A DNA stretch of 64,000 bases from Candidatus Cloacimonadales bacterium (GTDB lineage: Bacteria; Cloacimonadota; Cloacimonadia; Cloacimonadales; JAFGVF01). Numbering within the stretch: position 1 is the first letter of the stretch; each line of letters starts with the position of its first letter. The notes below the pieces were generated by a model. That model was not told the DNA's origin and ran no database searches. It was given only the letters and a program-made list of their open reading frames with translations. Position numbers and translations under genes: made by a program. This document shows positions 16,921 to 27,763 of the stretch, piece after piece. The DNA lies in assembly GCA_963678315.1 (NCBI GenBank), contig OY782781.1, forward strand, positions 1,710,071-1,774,070. Direction: 5' to 3'.

Positions 16921-17943
16921 ATGAAACAAAAACTTGAGCAGATAATAAAAAAAGCTGAAGAGGAATTAGACAAAGTTGTAAAGAAACATGATTTATTAAA
17001 TCTTAAATCTCATTTAGTGGGAAAGAAGAGTGAAATCAATGCTTTGATGCAACAAATGAAAGATATTCCAAAAGAACAGCGCCGAGAAGTTGGACAACTT
17101 ATAAACAAGTCTAAGAATTATCTGCAGGATTTGATTGATAAAAGACATAAAATTATCGATGAAATTATATATAAAGAACAGATAGAATCTTCCCGCATAG
17201 ATTTAACTATGCCGGGAAGAAGAACTGTTCAAGGTGGACTACATCCTCTTACAAAGATATGGAGAGAGATAGAGGACACCTTTATTAGTATGGGCTTTGA
17301 AATAGCCGACGGGTTTGATGTAGAAAACGAATTTCATAATTTTGATGCTTTAAATACTCCTGCAGACCATCCATCTCGTAATTTAGCAGATACATTTTAT
17401 ATACAAGACAATATATTATTAAGAACCCAAACTTCTACAGTTCAAATAAGAACTATGGAATCACATCAACCTCCAATAAAGATTATTGCGCCAGGTAGAT
17501 GTTATCGTAATGATAAAATGGATGCGTCTCATTCTCCAGTTTTCCACCAAGTAGAGGCATTGGTTGTAGATGAAAACACAACTTTTGCAGACTTAAAAGA
17601 TACTTTAAACATATTTGTTAAACTTATGTTTGGTGACAATATAAAATCACGTATTAGACCTCACTTTTTCCCATTTACAGAACCAAGTGCAGAGATAGAT
17701 ATCTCATGTGTTAACTGTGGGGGAGAAGGCTGTAGAATTTGTTCTGGTTCTGGTTGGTTAGAAATGGGTGGTGCTGGAATGGTTGACCCAGCAGTTTTAG
17801 AAAAAGTTGGAATAGATTCTGAAAAGTATACAGGTTTTGCTTTCGGTTTAGGTATTGATAGAATTACTATGCTGAAATACAATATTCCTGATATTAGAAT
17901 ATTGTTTGAAAACGATATTAGATTCTTGAAACAATATAGATAA
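16921..17943 (+). CDS. pheS: Phenylalanine--tRNA ligase alpha subunit
   Basis: Class II aaRS motifs (HPLT, DTFY, LLRTQTS, RCYRND, FHQVEALV, GGAGMVDP, GFAFGLGIDR). Confidence 0.97.
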   Translation: MKQKLEQIIKKAEEELDKVVKKHDLLNLKSHLVGKKSEINALMQQMKDIPKEQRREVGQLINKSKNYLQDLIDKRHKIIDEIIYKEQIESSRIDLTMPGRRTVQGGLHPLTKIWREIEDTFISMGFEIADGFDVENEFHNFDALNTPADHPSRNLADTFYIQDNILLRTQTSTVQIRTMESHQPPIKIIAPGRCYRNDKMDASHSPVFHQVEALVVDENTTFADLKDTLNIFVKLMFGDNIKSRIRPHFFPFTEPSAEIDISCVNCGGEGCRICSGSGWLEMGGAGMVDPAVLEKVGIDSEKYTGFAFGLGIDRITMLKYNIPDIRILFENDIRFLKQYR

Positions 17944-17957
17944 TAACTGAGGGAATA

Positions 17958-20366
17958 ATGAAAATAAGTTATAATTGGTTAAAAGATTATATTAACATAG
18001 ATGTTGATCCAAAGACTTTAGAAGACCATTTGACATTTGCTGGTATAGAAGTTGAATCTATCGAAAAAATGGGACAAGAACTAAGTCAATTTGTGGTTGG
18101 AAAAGTTCTTTCAGCTGAGAAAATTGAGGGTTCTGACCATTTACAAAAATGTCAAGTAGATGCAGGTACAGGTGAAGTATTACCTGTTGTTTGTGGAGCT
18201 CCAAATTGTAGAAAAGATTTAAAGATTGCTTTTGCCCCAGTTGGAACAATTATTGGTGGCGAGTTTAAGATAAAAAAAGCAAAGCTCAAGGGTAATCCAT
18301 CTCACGGAATGATTTGTTCTGAAAAAGAACTAGGTTTATCTGAAGAACATGACGGTATCATGGAATTAGCTGATGATGCTGTAATTGGTACAGACTTAGC
18401 AACATATTTTGGCTATAATGACATTGTTTATGATGTAGAAATTACTCCTAATAGACCAGATTTACTCGGTATGTTTGGGGTTGCTAGAGATTTATCAGCT
18501 CTATATAACATTGATTTCAAAATGCCAGAATTACATGACCATGATAGTCAGGGAAAGATTGAGTCAGACTTGTCTTTAGAAAATAATTCAGAGAAATGCA
18601 GTCGTTATGTGGCTACAGTAATAAAAGACGTTGAGATTAAAGAGTCTCCTGAATGGATTAAAAAGAGGCTTTTGTCAGCAGGTTTAAGACCCATTAATAA
18701 TGTAGTAGATATTACGAACTTTATTTTAATGGAAACAGGCCATCCTCTTCATGCTTTTGATTATGACAAACTTGAGGGTAAGGTTATCAAGATAAGAGAT
18801 GCTAAAGAAGGCGAAGTCTTCCCAGCATTAGACGGTCAAGAATACAAACTTTCTACAGAGGACTTAGTTATTGCTGACGCTAACAGAGCTGTTGCTTTGG
18901 CCGGTGTAATTGGTGGAGCTAATTCTGAAATTACTTCTGAGACAAAGAACATAGTTATAGAGGCAGCTTGCTTTAATTATCAAACAGTTCGTAGAACGTC
19001 ACAAAGACATAAAATATTTACAGATTCTTCTTATCGTTTTGAAAGAGGAATGTCTAAAGAAACACCTTCATTTGCTACGAAAAGAGCGATAGATTTGATT
19101 CTTGAGAACGCAGGTGGAATTCTAATTAGTGGAAATCTAGATAGTTATCCAAATCCTGATTCTAAAGATAGTTTTGTTGATTTACGTCCAAGCAGGGTTA
19201 ATAGGCTACTTGGTACTGATATTCCAGTAGAGGAGATTAAAGCATATTTGTCTGCTTTAGGATTGAAGCTTATTGAAAGTTCTGAAGATAATTTACGCTA
19301 TCAAGCTCCTAGTTATAGGGGAGACCTTACTAGAGAGATTGATTTGATTGAAGAGATTGTTAGACTTCATGGCTATAATAAAATCCCTATCAGACAAAAG
19401 CGCCAAAATATAATGAACTTTGATGAGTTCTATGCTAAGAGAAAAGTTCAAGATATTATGGTTAGTGCTGGTCTATATGAGACCATTAATATAACTCTTT
19501 TTGACCCAGAAACTCTGGATAAATTAACCATTCCTGAAGATAATCATCGACGTAATCTAGTAGAGTTGATGAATCCGCAAAGCAATTTACTTTCTGCAAT
19601 GCGTTCTACTTTAATTCCTCATATTATTACTACTGCAGAATACAATATTAATAGAGGAAATAAAGACGTTCGGATTTTTGAAATGAACAAAGTAATTACT
19701 AAAGATAGTAAAGATATGTCATTTGAAGAATTTAATATCGCAGCATTATTAACAGGCAATAGATTTGATAATTATTGGAAGGATAACAAGCAAAAATGTG
19801 ATTTTTATGATATTAAAGGTATTGCTGAAGATATCATGGAATTAAGTAATCTCAAATATAGCTTCAAAGCATCAGATGAAAAATTCTATACTGTAAATCA
19901 TGCTTTGGATATATATATCAAAAAAGACAAGATAGGTTCTTTTGGACAAATTGATCCTAAGGTTGCTAAGAGTTTTTCAATTAATACTGTTGAATTAAAG
20001 CAGGATGTTTATGTTTTAGATATCAATCTTTCATTGCTATTTAAATATATGACTTTTGAAGATAGAACTTTTAAAGCAATCCCTGTATTCCCTAACATGC
20101 AAAGAGATATCTCTATCTTAGTAGATAAACAGATTCAAGTAGAAGACATTGTAAATGCTATATATTCTGTTAATAAAGCAGTTACAAAAAATGTTGAATT
20201 GATAGATGAATACCAAGGTAAGAATACTCCAGAAAACAAACGATCTTTAACTTTTGGAATGACCTTTAATTCTGAGAATAAAACATTGACAGATAAATTT
20301 GTTGAACGTTTAATGCAACAAGTTATTAAAAAACTAGAAAATTCATATAATATTGAAATGAGGTAG
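17958..20366 (+). CDS. pheT: Phenylalanine--tRNA ligase beta subunit
   Basis: MKISYNWLKDYI start, tRNA-binding domain, B3/4 and B5 domains and FDX-ACB C-terminus. Synteny with pheS. Confidence 0.97.
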   Translation: MKISYNWLKDYINIDVDPKTLEDHLTFAGIEVESIEKMGQELSQFVVGKVLSAEKIEGSDHLQKCQVDAGTGEVLPVVCGAPNCRKDLKIAFAPVGTIIGGEFKIKKAKLKGNPSHGMICSEKELGLSEEHDGIMELADDAVIGTDLATYFGYNDIVYDVEITPNRPDLLGMFGVARDLSALYNIDFKMPELHDHDSQGKIESDLSLENNSEKCSRYVATVIKDVEIKESPEWIKKRLLSAGLRPINNVVDITNFILMETGHPLHAFDYDKLEGKVIKIRDAKEGEVFPALDGQEYKLSTEDLVIADANRAVALAGVIGGANSEITSETKNIVIEAACFNYQTVRRTSQRHKIFTDSSYRFERGMSKETPSFATKRAIDLILENAGGILISGNLDSYPNPDSKDSFVDLRPSRVNRLLGTDIPVEEIKAYLSALGLKLIESSEDNLRYQAPSYRGDLTREIDLIEEIVRLHGYNKIPIRQKRQNIMNFDEFYAKRKVQDIMVSAGLYETINITLFDPETLDKLTIPEDNHRRNLVELMNPQSNLLSAMRSTLIPHIITTAEYNINRGNKDVRIFEMNKVITKDSKDMSFEEFNIAALLTGNRFDNYWKDNKQKCDFYDIKGIAEDIMELSNLKYSFKASDEKFYTVNHALDIYIKKDKIGSFGQIDPKVAKSFSINTVELKQDVYVLDINLSLLFKYMTFEDRTFKAIPVFPNMQRDISILVDKQIQVEDIVNAIYSVNKAVTKNVELIDEYQGKNTPENKRSLTFGMTFNSENKTLTDKFVERLMQQVIKKLENSYNIEMR

Positions 20367-20370
20367 AAAG

Positions 20371-20736
20371 ATGAATAATGCGAACATGAATAATATAAAT
20401 GCTAAAATTCAAAAATTGATTGAAAAATATCATATTTTGGAAGCAGAAAATAAGAACAATTTAGAAACAATTGCTAAGCTTGAAGGTGTAGTAGAAAATC
20501 AGCACAACTCAATTAACCAATTAGAAGAAAATGTTAAATCTTTAAATAGTAATATCGAAGATAAAGAACTTGCTATTATGGAAAAAGATGATACTATTAA
20601 TGGTTTAAACGGAAGAGTAGCTGAACTTGAAACAAAGAAAACAGAATTAGAAAACACTTTAGATGAAATTAAAAATACTGCTACTGAGATTGAAGACAAT
20701 CTTAGTAACATGTTCCCAGAACTAGATAATATTTAA
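20371..20736 (+). CDS. Coiled-coil protein, ZapB-like (tentative)
   Basis: 121 aa, heptad-rich and acidic (..LEAENKNNLETIAKLEG..ELETKKTELENTLDEIKN..), immediately upstream of zapA. Function is inferred from composition and position only. Confidence 0.4.
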   Translation: MNNANMNNINAKIQKLIEKYHILEAENKNNLETIAKLEGVVENQHNSINQLEENVKSLNSNIEDKELAIMEKDDTINGLNGRVAELETKKTELENTLDEIKNTATEIEDNLSNMFPELDNI

Positions 20737-20738
20737 AA

Positions 20739-21017
20739 GTGGAATCAATGAAACAGGAAGTCCAATTTGATTTAATGGGAAAAAGATTTTCAGTAATTAC
20801 TGATAACCCCCAAAAATTGGAAAAAACAGTTAATGTTGTAAAAAAAATATTGAGTGAATCAGCAGTGGAATTTAAACCGCTAGATTTTAATAAGTTCTTA
20901 TTGTATAATTTATTAAAACTAGCTGAAAAATTGATTGATACTCAAGCTGAATTAGCAACGTACAAAAGCCAGTTAGATTTACTTGACAATGATATTGATT
21001 CTATTTTAGATACATAA
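20739..21017 (+). CDS. zapA: Cell division protein ZapA
   Basis: About 90 aa. The pattern VQFDLMGKRFSVITDNPQKLEKTVNVV... followed by a C-terminal coiled coil is typical of ZapA. The start could be GTG 20739 or ATG 20748. Confidence 0.7.
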   Translation: MESMKQEVQFDLMGKRFSVITDNPQKLEKTVNVVKKILSESAVEFKPLDFNKFLLYNLLKLAEKLIDTQAELATYKSQLDLLDNDIDSILDT

Positions 21018-21019
21018 AG

Positions 21020-21200
21020 AGTTTCTTCTGCAATATTCGTGTTCTATTTTTGTTTAAGAACTACATATTACTAGGGAGTCGAGCCATTGGTGGCACTCAA
21101 GCCGGCGTAGTCTCGGATCAGTAAAACTAATAAGGTAGATGCCCACCTTGAAAAAGGTTCTAGTATCAAAACCAGACACGGTATTGCGGATTCTCAACAA
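21020..21200 (+). ncRNA. ssrS: Candidate 6S RNA
   Basis: A roughly 180-nt ORF-free gap directly downstream of zapA, the classical zapA-ssrS synteny. Long interrupted helix: 21030-21045 GCAAUAUUCGUGUUCU pairs with 21174-21187 AGACACGGUAUUGC (with G-U pairs). UUUUG (21048-52) pairs with CAAAA (21167-71), AGAAC (21057-61) with GUUCU (21157-61), and GGUGG (21089-93) with CCACC (21143-47). An unpaired central region remains. Confidence 0.5.
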
Positions 21201-21260
21201 TTTTCATTTACAAGTGTTGAATTGATCCAATTGGATATAATTATAGATAAGCGAGGAAAT

Positions 21261-22817
21261 ATGACTCAAGGTATTATTATTGGTATTTTTGCCGGTATTT
21301 TCATAATGGGGATTGTTTATATAATCCTAAGAAAAAAGACTTTTAGACAAATCAGTGAAACACAATTAATAGCTGATCAAATTATAAAAGAAGCAGAAGA
21401 AAAAGCTAGAACTCTTAAAAAAGAAAAGATTCTAGAAGGTAAAGAAGAGTGGTTTCAACAAAAGAAAGTATTTGAAGATGAAATCAAAGAACGCCAACGT
21501 GAGTTGAGAAAACTTGAAAAAACTTCAAATGATCGTCTGGCTTCTCTTGACAAAAGACTAGACTCACTAGAAAGAAAAGAACAAAATCTAATACAATTAG
21601 AAAAGAATAATAGAAAACTTGAAGACAATTTAAACAGACGTTCTGATGAAATTGATGAACTTATTCAAGAACAGAACAATAAATTATCCCAGATAGCAGG
21701 ATTAACAAGAGAAGAAGCACTTCAAAGATTGAAAGATGAGCTTTTAAATAAAGCTAAAAGACATATCTCTGGGGAAGTTAGACAAACTATTGAACAAGTT
21801 AAAGCTGAAGCAACTACAAAATCTGCCCATATCTTAGCAACTGCTGTTCAAAGAATGGCTGTAGATTATGTTTCTGAAACTACAGTATCAGTTGTATCTT
21901 TACCTTCAGATGAAATGAAAGGTAGAATCATTGGTAGAGAAGGTAGAAATATCAGATCATTCGAAAAGGCATCAGGTGTTGACTTAATTATTGATGATAC
22001 TCCAGAAGCAGTTGTATTATCATGCTTCGACCCAATAAGAAGAGAAATAGCTAGATTATCTCTGGAAAAACTTATTTCAGATGGAAGAATACATCCAGGA
22101 AGAATAGAAGAAGTTATCTCTAAAACAAGAAAAGAGATGGATGAGCATCTTATGAAAGTTGGTGAAAAAGCATTCTTAGAAGCTAATATTCATAATATCT
22201 CACCAAACATTGTTAAACTTCTTGGTAGATTAAAATATAGAACTTCTTATGGACAAAATGTTTTACAACACTCAGAAGAAACTGCTTGGATCTGTGGAAT
22301 TATGGCTGCAGAACTTGGACTTGACCAAGAGATCGCAAGACGTGCTGGTCTTTTACATGATATAGGTAAAGCAATTGACCATGAATATGATGGTTCTCAT
22401 GCTGTTATTGGTGCTAATGTTGCAAGAAAAAATGGTGAAACAAAAATTGTTATTAACGCTATTGAAGCTCACCATGAAGATGTTGCACCAAAATCTGTTT
22501 ATGCAGTTCTTGTACAAGCTTCAGATGCGATTTCAGGTGCTAGACCAGGTGCTAGAAGAGAAATGCTCGAATCTTATATGAAGAGATTAAATAAACTTGA
22601 AGAAATTGCTGGCTCAATCGAAGGTGTTAATAAATCTTATGCTATCCAGGCAGGTAGAGAATTAAGAATTATTGTTGAACCGTCTTTAGTGAATGACGAC
22701 AATGCAGCATTTATCTCTCAAGATATTGCAGAGAAGATAGAGAAAGAAGTTCAATATCCAGGAACAATAAAAGTAACTGTTATAAGAGAAACTCGCCAAA
22801 TAGCTGTTGCTAAATAA
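21261..22817 (+). CDS. rny: Ribonuclease Y
   Basis: N-terminal TM helix, long coiled coil, KH domain (GRIIGREGRNIRSFE) and HD domain (LLHDIGKA...HH). The preferred start is ATG 21261 (RBS GAGGAA) rather than the TTG at 21222. Confidence 0.95.
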   Translation: MTQGIIIGIFAGIFIMGIVYIILRKKTFRQISETQLIADQIIKEAEEKARTLKKEKILEGKEEWFQQKKVFEDEIKERQRELRKLEKTSNDRLASLDKRLDSLERKEQNLIQLEKNNRKLEDNLNRRSDEIDELIQEQNNKLSQIAGLTREEALQRLKDELLNKAKRHISGEVRQTIEQVKAEATTKSAHILATAVQRMAVDYVSETTVSVVSLPSDEMKGRIIGREGRNIRSFEKASGVDLIIDDTPEAVVLSCFDPIRREIARLSLEKLISDGRIHPGRIEEVISKTRKEMDEHLMKVGEKAFLEANIHNISPNIVKLLGRLKYRTSYGQNVLQHSEETAWICGIMAAELGLDQEIARRAGLLHDIGKAIDHEYDGSHAVIGANVARKNGETKIVINAIEAHHEDVAPKSVYAVLVQASDAISGARPGARREMLESYMKRLNKLEEIAGSIEGVNKSYAIQAGRELRIIVEPSLVNDDNAAFISQDIAEKIEKEVQYPGTIKVTVIRETRQIAVAK

Positions 22818-23599
22818 TGATTGTTAATGTATTGTTTATTGGAGATGTTTTTGGCAAACCTGGAAGAGAAATTCTTCACAAACATCTTAAACATATCAAA
22901 AAAGAGTTTAAAATAGATCTTTGTATAGCTAATCTAGAGAATTTGTCTGATGGCAAAGGTATTACTGAGAATGAAGCAAAGAAATGCTTTTCATACGGAG
23001 TAGATTTAGCCACAGGTGGGAACCATATTTGGGATAGACTAGAATCACATGAGTATCTTGAAAAAGAAAGAAGAATTTGTTGTCCTCTTAACAAACCTAC
23101 TCCCAAGATTGGGAGAAGATATGCCCAAACTTCTATAAAAGGCTTTAAGATTAATGTTGTTAATCTGCTCGGACAAGTTTATATGAATCCTACAGATTCT
23201 CCTTTTGAAGCTATTGACAAATTTGTCCAAGATCATAGTGATGAAGTGACTATTGTAGATTTCCATGCAGAAGCTACTGGAGAAAAAAGAGCTTTGGCCT
23301 GGTTTCTTGATGGCAGAGTTTCTGCTGTTATTGGCACACACACACATATTCAAACAGCGGATGAAGAAATTCTTCCTCATAGTACAGCCTATCTAACCGA
23401 CGTTGGCATGACAGGTCCACATAATTCAGTTATTGGTGTTACGAAAAGTTCTATACTCTCGAAAATGGTTGAAGGTATACATAAGGTGCAGTTTTGTGCT
23501 CAAGAAGGACTTCAACTAAATGCAGTTGTTTTAACAATAAACTTAGAAAACAAAGAAACTTTAAAAATACAAAGAATTAGGAGATGCTTTGATGAGTGA
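22817..23599 (+). CDS. ymdB: YmdB-family metallophosphoesterase (2',3'-cyclic-nucleotide 2'-phosphodiesterase-like)
   Basis: VLFIGDVFGKPGR..., GGNHIWD, DFHAEATGEK and GTHTHIQTADE motifs. rny-ymdB synteny. TAATG stop/start overlap with rny. Confidence 0.9.
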   Translation: MIVNVLFIGDVFGKPGREILHKHLKHIKKEFKIDLCIANLENLSDGKGITENEAKKCFSYGVDLATGGNHIWDRLESHEYLEKERRICCPLNKPTPKIGRRYAQTSIKGFKINVVNLLGQVYMNPTDSPFEAIDKFVQDHSDEVTIVDFHAEATGEKRALAWFLDGRVSAVIGTHTHIQTADEEILPHSTAYLTDVGMTGPHNSVIGVTKSSILSKMVEGIHKVQFCAQEGLQLNAVVLTINLENKETLKIQRIRRCFDE

Positions 23600-24458
23600 T
23601 TTGCTTAAAGCTAAACCTCTGATACAAACAAAATATAGTGAACTTAAGACCACATTAGAAGCTCTTGATGAAACTCTAAAGATGGTTGTTGTAAGAGTAG
23701 GTATTGATCCTGCTTCTACATTCTATGTCCAAAATATTGTCAAACGTGGTAAAAAGCTAGGTGTGATTGTTGAACTTATTGATCTAGCTGAAGATACTTC
23801 TCAAGAAGTTTTAGAAGAAACAATCCAAGATTATAATTCAGATAGCAGTATTCATGGAATTATGATTCAAAAACCGTTACCTAGCCAAATCAATGAACAG
23901 AAGATTAATTCATTGATTAGTCCTAATAAAGATGTCGATGGTTTTAATCCTGTAAACCTTGGTAAAATAATTTTAGAAGAAGATGGACTCTTCCCTTGTA
24001 CTCCTACAGCATGTACAACAATTCTAGACTATTATAATATTGAAACTTCAGGTAAGAACATTGTTGTTCTTGGAAGAAGTGCAGTTGTGGGGAAACCTCT
24101 TGCTAATATGCTTCTTAGTAAAAGCAAGACAGGTAATGCAACAGTAACAGTATGCCATAGCAGGACTCAGAATTTGAGTGAGATTACCAAGAGAGCAGAT
24201 ATTTTGATTGCTGCTATAGGTAGAGCAAACTTTGTTACATCTGAGTTTGTTAATGAAGACGCTATTGTTATTGATGTTGGAATTAATGAGATTCAGGATG
24301 CAGATGGAAAAAATATCTATGTTGGAGATGTAGATTTTGATTCTTGCAAAGAAATTGTTAAAGCTATTACTCCAGTTCCTGGAGGAGTTGGCTCAGTAAC
24401 AACTTATGAATTATTCAAGAATTTACTTAGAGCATATCAGCTAAGTAAAGATATCTAG
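23589..24458 (+). CDS. folD: Bifunctional methylenetetrahydrofolate dehydrogenase/methenyl-THF cyclohydrolase
   Basis: Motifs VRVGIDPASTFYVQNIVK, HGIMIQKPLP, DVDGF, PCTP, VVLGRSAVVGKPLANML and TPVPGGVG. Confidence 0.95.
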   Translation: MMSDLLKAKPLIQTKYSELKTTLEALDETLKMVVVRVGIDPASTFYVQNIVKRGKKLGVIVELIDLAEDTSQEVLEETIQDYNSDSSIHGIMIQKPLPSQINEQKINSLISPNKDVDGFNPVNLGKIILEEDGLFPCTPTACTTILDYYNIETSGKNIVVLGRSAVVGKPLANMLLSKSKTGNATVTVCHSRTQNLSEITKRADILIAAIGRANFVTSEFVNEDAIVIDVGINEIQDADGKNIYVGDVDFDSCKEIVKAITPVPGGVGSVTTYELFKNLLRAYQLSKDI

Positions 24459-24600
24459 TAATAATTATACTTTTTTTAACTATTATTAGATTAAAAAATA
24501 AATAAATAATTAAAAAAAGAATAAAATTATTGACTTTTTTTAGAAAAAATGATTTTTTAACATTAAGAAGATTAATATAAACGACCTTGGGAGGAGATTA

Positions 24601-27057
24601 ATGCGTAAAGCTTTAAAACCGAGTTTATTTCTAGTGGTTGCAATAACCCTATTAACTCTTATGGCTTGTGGAATTGACGGTGATTACAAAAGTAACCAAT
24701 CACCTGAAATCTCTATAACTTCATGGGAGGGCTATGACTCATTAGATGTTCACACGATTCATGACTCACTTGTTTTTCAACAAAAGATTTATTGGAATAG
24801 TTTTGACACTGATGGTACTGTAGAAGGTATAGCATATAGAATTTTAGATGAAAATAATGAACCTTTAAGTTCTCCAGGAAACGAAGTAATTGATGAAAAC
24901 GGAGATGTTGAAACATTAACTATTAGTGGTGCTGAAGAAACTGGTTGGGTTCTTCACTATAAAGATGGTGCAAATGAAAATATCCCTCTTTCTAGTGCAA
25001 ACGCTTCAAAAACAATTTGGACTAATGAACAGTACGCTTTAGTTAATTTCCCTGCTGCTGATGAAGACGGAAACCCTGTAATTAGAGACTACACTTTTGA
25101 AGTTGTATGTATTGATAACAGAGGTGCTGTTTCAAATATAGCTAGCAAAGAATTTAAAGCAAAATCAGACAGACCTAACTGTCTCTTATCAACTTCTAAA
25201 GGTAACCCTAATGGAAGACAAGTTGGTACAGGTATTGAAATCACTTTCGCTATGACTAATCCTGATGATAGTGATTTTGTTGCTCCTGGTGCTTCAAACT
25301 ATGAATTCAAAATTCTTAAAAAAGAATTTGTTGATGGTGATGAAGAAGAAGATAACGAAGATTATTCAAATGATAACGTAGTGTTTGAATCAGAATGGAT
25401 TTCAACTAACAATTTCAGTGATATGGAATCATTCCGTTTAACTCAAAACACTGATAAGAACTTCAACAATATCCTTGCTACAGGTGATGAAATCTATCCA
25501 ATGGACACTGACTTCGATGGTGAAGATGAAGATGCTAATCAATTTAGATATACTGAAATTATGGCAAAAGCTTATAATCTTGCTGGTGTAGCTTCTGATG
25601 TTGATACAATCAGATTTGCAGTTAAAAAAGGTTTCTATCCTAAAACTCTTATCTATCAACAAAAAACTTACGCTTTAGGTGATTATCATTTCGTAGATTA
25701 TCCACGTGCATCTGATAAAGAAGTTTATCCATACATTGACATGGAAGAACCAAATCCAGATAAATCTGCTGTAAGAATGTTCACAAATATGGATGGAAAA
25801 AAATCAGTTATTAACTCAGCAAACTTAAAAACTTATGTAAAATGGGGTTACCATGGTGAATATGGTATTCCACCAACAGGAACTGCTGTAGCTTATGTTA
25901 TTTCTGATAATCCTTATGATAAAAAGATTAATCAATTACTAGATGAAAGAACTAACCAAAACTATTACTCAGAAATCATTGCATATCATATCAGACTTGA
26001 TGATGCAGCTTACGATTTCTTTGCTCTTCAAGACAATATTGTAACACATGAAGATGATGGTGTTATTACAGAATGGCTTGAAGTACCTGTAAACAGTGTT
26101 TGGAATATTTCACAAAGTCTTGAATTGTTAAACTTAGAACCAGGTGACCATAAACTTGAAATTTCAGCTTTTGACCTTCAAGACCAATATGACCCAACTC
26201 CTGCAGTAGTAGAATTCACTATTGAAAATTATACTCCAAAAGAAGAGAGAAGTGGAATCCTTATGATTGATGCTGATGAATTAAGAGAAGCTGGTGCTCC
26301 TAGCTTTGATTACTCAGAATCACGTTCACAAGAAATTTATGCTGCTGCAATGGAACAATTTGGTGATAATGTTACTTATGTTAACAGAGCTGAAGTTATT
26401 GCAAATAATGAAATGAATGATACAGATTGTGCTTTTGCTCCATCTGATTTACTTAAATATAAAACTATTATCTATAGAAATGAAGCATTCACTTCTTCAA
26501 CATTCAACTATGATAATGATGCTTTAAATATTTTCCTTTCAGAAGGTGGTAATCTTATACTTATTGGTACAAAGAATATCAAAGCTATCAATGATGATAT
26601 GTATAATACATCAAAGAAATTGATGAGAGATTATTTTGGTATTGTTTATGATACAGAATCAGTAGATATCGTTAGTAATAGTTCAGCTCAAAACCCATTC
26701 TTCTTGGGTGCTACATCAGCTGAAGTTTATCCAGAATTAAATCTTGATCTCAGTGCAAATGCAATATCTTTCCTAATTGATTTAAAACAAGGTTTAGGTG
26801 GTATTGGATTCTTTACTGATATTGCTATTGACCCTGAAGATTATATTACTAAACCTATCTATAACTTTACTTGTAAGGCTGTTGATGATGCTGATATTGC
26901 GGCTCCTTCACAAGAACAGTTTGATACTTTTAGTCAAAAACCAGTAGCTCTTTCTAGAGTAACTGAAGATAATAAGTGTTACATCTTTACATTCCCATTA
27001 TCATATATGGAACAAGATGATTTAACAAGTTTATTAGGACAAATCGTAGAACCATAA
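24601..27057 (+). CDS. Large lipoprotein of unknown function (818 aa), acidic
   Basis: RBS GGGAGGAG. Signal peptide with lipobox LTLMAC-G. Asp/Glu-rich tracts. No recognisable catalytic motif. Confidence 0.7.
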   Translation: MRKALKPSLFLVVAITLLTLMACGIDGDYKSNQSPEISITSWEGYDSLDVHTIHDSLVFQQKIYWNSFDTDGTVEGIAYRILDENNEPLSSPGNEVIDENGDVETLTISGAEETGWVLHYKDGANENIPLSSANASKTIWTNEQYALVNFPAADEDGNPVIRDYTFEVVCIDNRGAVSNIASKEFKAKSDRPNCLLSTSKGNPNGRQVGTGIEITFAMTNPDDSDFVAPGASNYEFKILKKEFVDGDEEEDNEDYSNDNVVFESEWISTNNFSDMESFRLTQNTDKNFNNILATGDEIYPMDTDFDGEDEDANQFRYTEIMAKAYNLAGVASDVDTIRFAVKKGFYPKTLIYQQKTYALGDYHFVDYPRASDKEVYPYIDMEEPNPDKSAVRMFTNMDGKKSVINSANLKTYVKWGYHGEYGIPPTGTAVAYVISDNPYDKKINQLLDERTNQNYYSEIIAYHIRLDDAAYDFFALQDNIVTHEDDGVITEWLEVPVNSVWNISQSLELLNLEPGDHKLEISAFDLQDQYDPTPAVVEFTIENYTPKEERSGILMIDADELREAGAPSFDYSESRSQEIYAAAMEQFGDNVTYVNRAEVIANNEMNDTDCAFAPSDLLKYKTIIYRNEAFTSSTFNYDNDALNIFLSEGGNLILIGTKNIKAINDDMYNTSKKLMRDYFGIVYDTESVDIVSNSSAQNPFFLGATSAEVYPELNLDLSANAISFLIDLKQGLGGIGFFTDIAIDPEDYITKPIYNFTCKAVDDADIAAPSQEQFDTFSQKPVALSRVTEDNKCYIFTFPLSYMEQDDLTSLLGQIVEP

Positions 27058-27078
27058 ACTTGTAACATATAATATATC

Positions 27079-27112
27079 GAGCAGGTAAGTTTATAACTAC
27101 CTGCTCTTTTTG
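27079..27112 (+). terminator. Rho-independent terminator after the lipoprotein gene
   Basis: GAGCAGGTA (27079-27087), loop, TACCTGCTC (27098-27106), followed by TTTTTG. Confidence 0.8.
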
Positions 27113-27223
27113 TTTGATGGGATATCCAGAAATATAATATGGAAAAATATCCTAACAAAATCTTGACTTAAAATTCACTTGACTTCAAACATAGCTAGTA
27201 ATTAATAATCATAAGGAATATGT

Positions 27224-27763
27224 ATGAATCATAATAAATTAAAAGATACTAACATGAAATACGTTATTGAAAGTAGTTATTTTACAGCATTAGCTAGTAT
27301 ATTAGCAATAGTAGAATCATTGATACCCAAGCCTCTTCCATTTATAAGAATTGGTTTTGCTAATGTGATTTTATTACTGCTAGTAACTAATAGAAAGTAC
27401 CTAACTGCACTGATTGTCTTGTTTGCAAAGACAATTATTGGAGGTGTAGTTGTTGGTACACTCCTATTACCAACAACGATAATTTCTTTAGGAGCTGGCC
27501 TTACTTCCTTGACTGTAATGTATCTTGTTTCCAAATATAATAATGGTTTTACTTTATTAGGAATAAGTATTCTTGGGGCAGTTAGTCACAATATTATGCA
27601 GTTGTTTATTGTTAGGAATATTCTTATTTTTAGTGATTCATTGTTTAATCTTGTTCCGATAATGATACTTCTAGCTATCCTAACTGGATCTGTGACAGGC
27701 GTGATTGTTACATTAATAAATAATAACTTTAAAGAGGTGCTAAATGAAAAAGTCTTTGCCTAA
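27224..27763 (+). CDS. Gx transporter family / heptaprenyl-diphosphate-synthase-component-I-like membrane protein
   Basis: 179 aa with about 5 TM helices. The motif PLPFIRIGFANVILLLLV is typical of this family. The start could be ATG 27254. Confidence 0.6.
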   Translation: MNHNKLKDTNMKYVIESSYFTALASILAIVESLIPKPLPFIRIGFANVILLLLVTNRKYLTALIVLFAKTIIGGVVVGTLLLPTTIISLGAGLTSLTVMYLVSKYNNGFTLLGISILGAVSHNIMQLFIVRNILIFSDSLFNLVPIMILLAILTGSVTGVIVTLINNNFKEVLNEKVFA

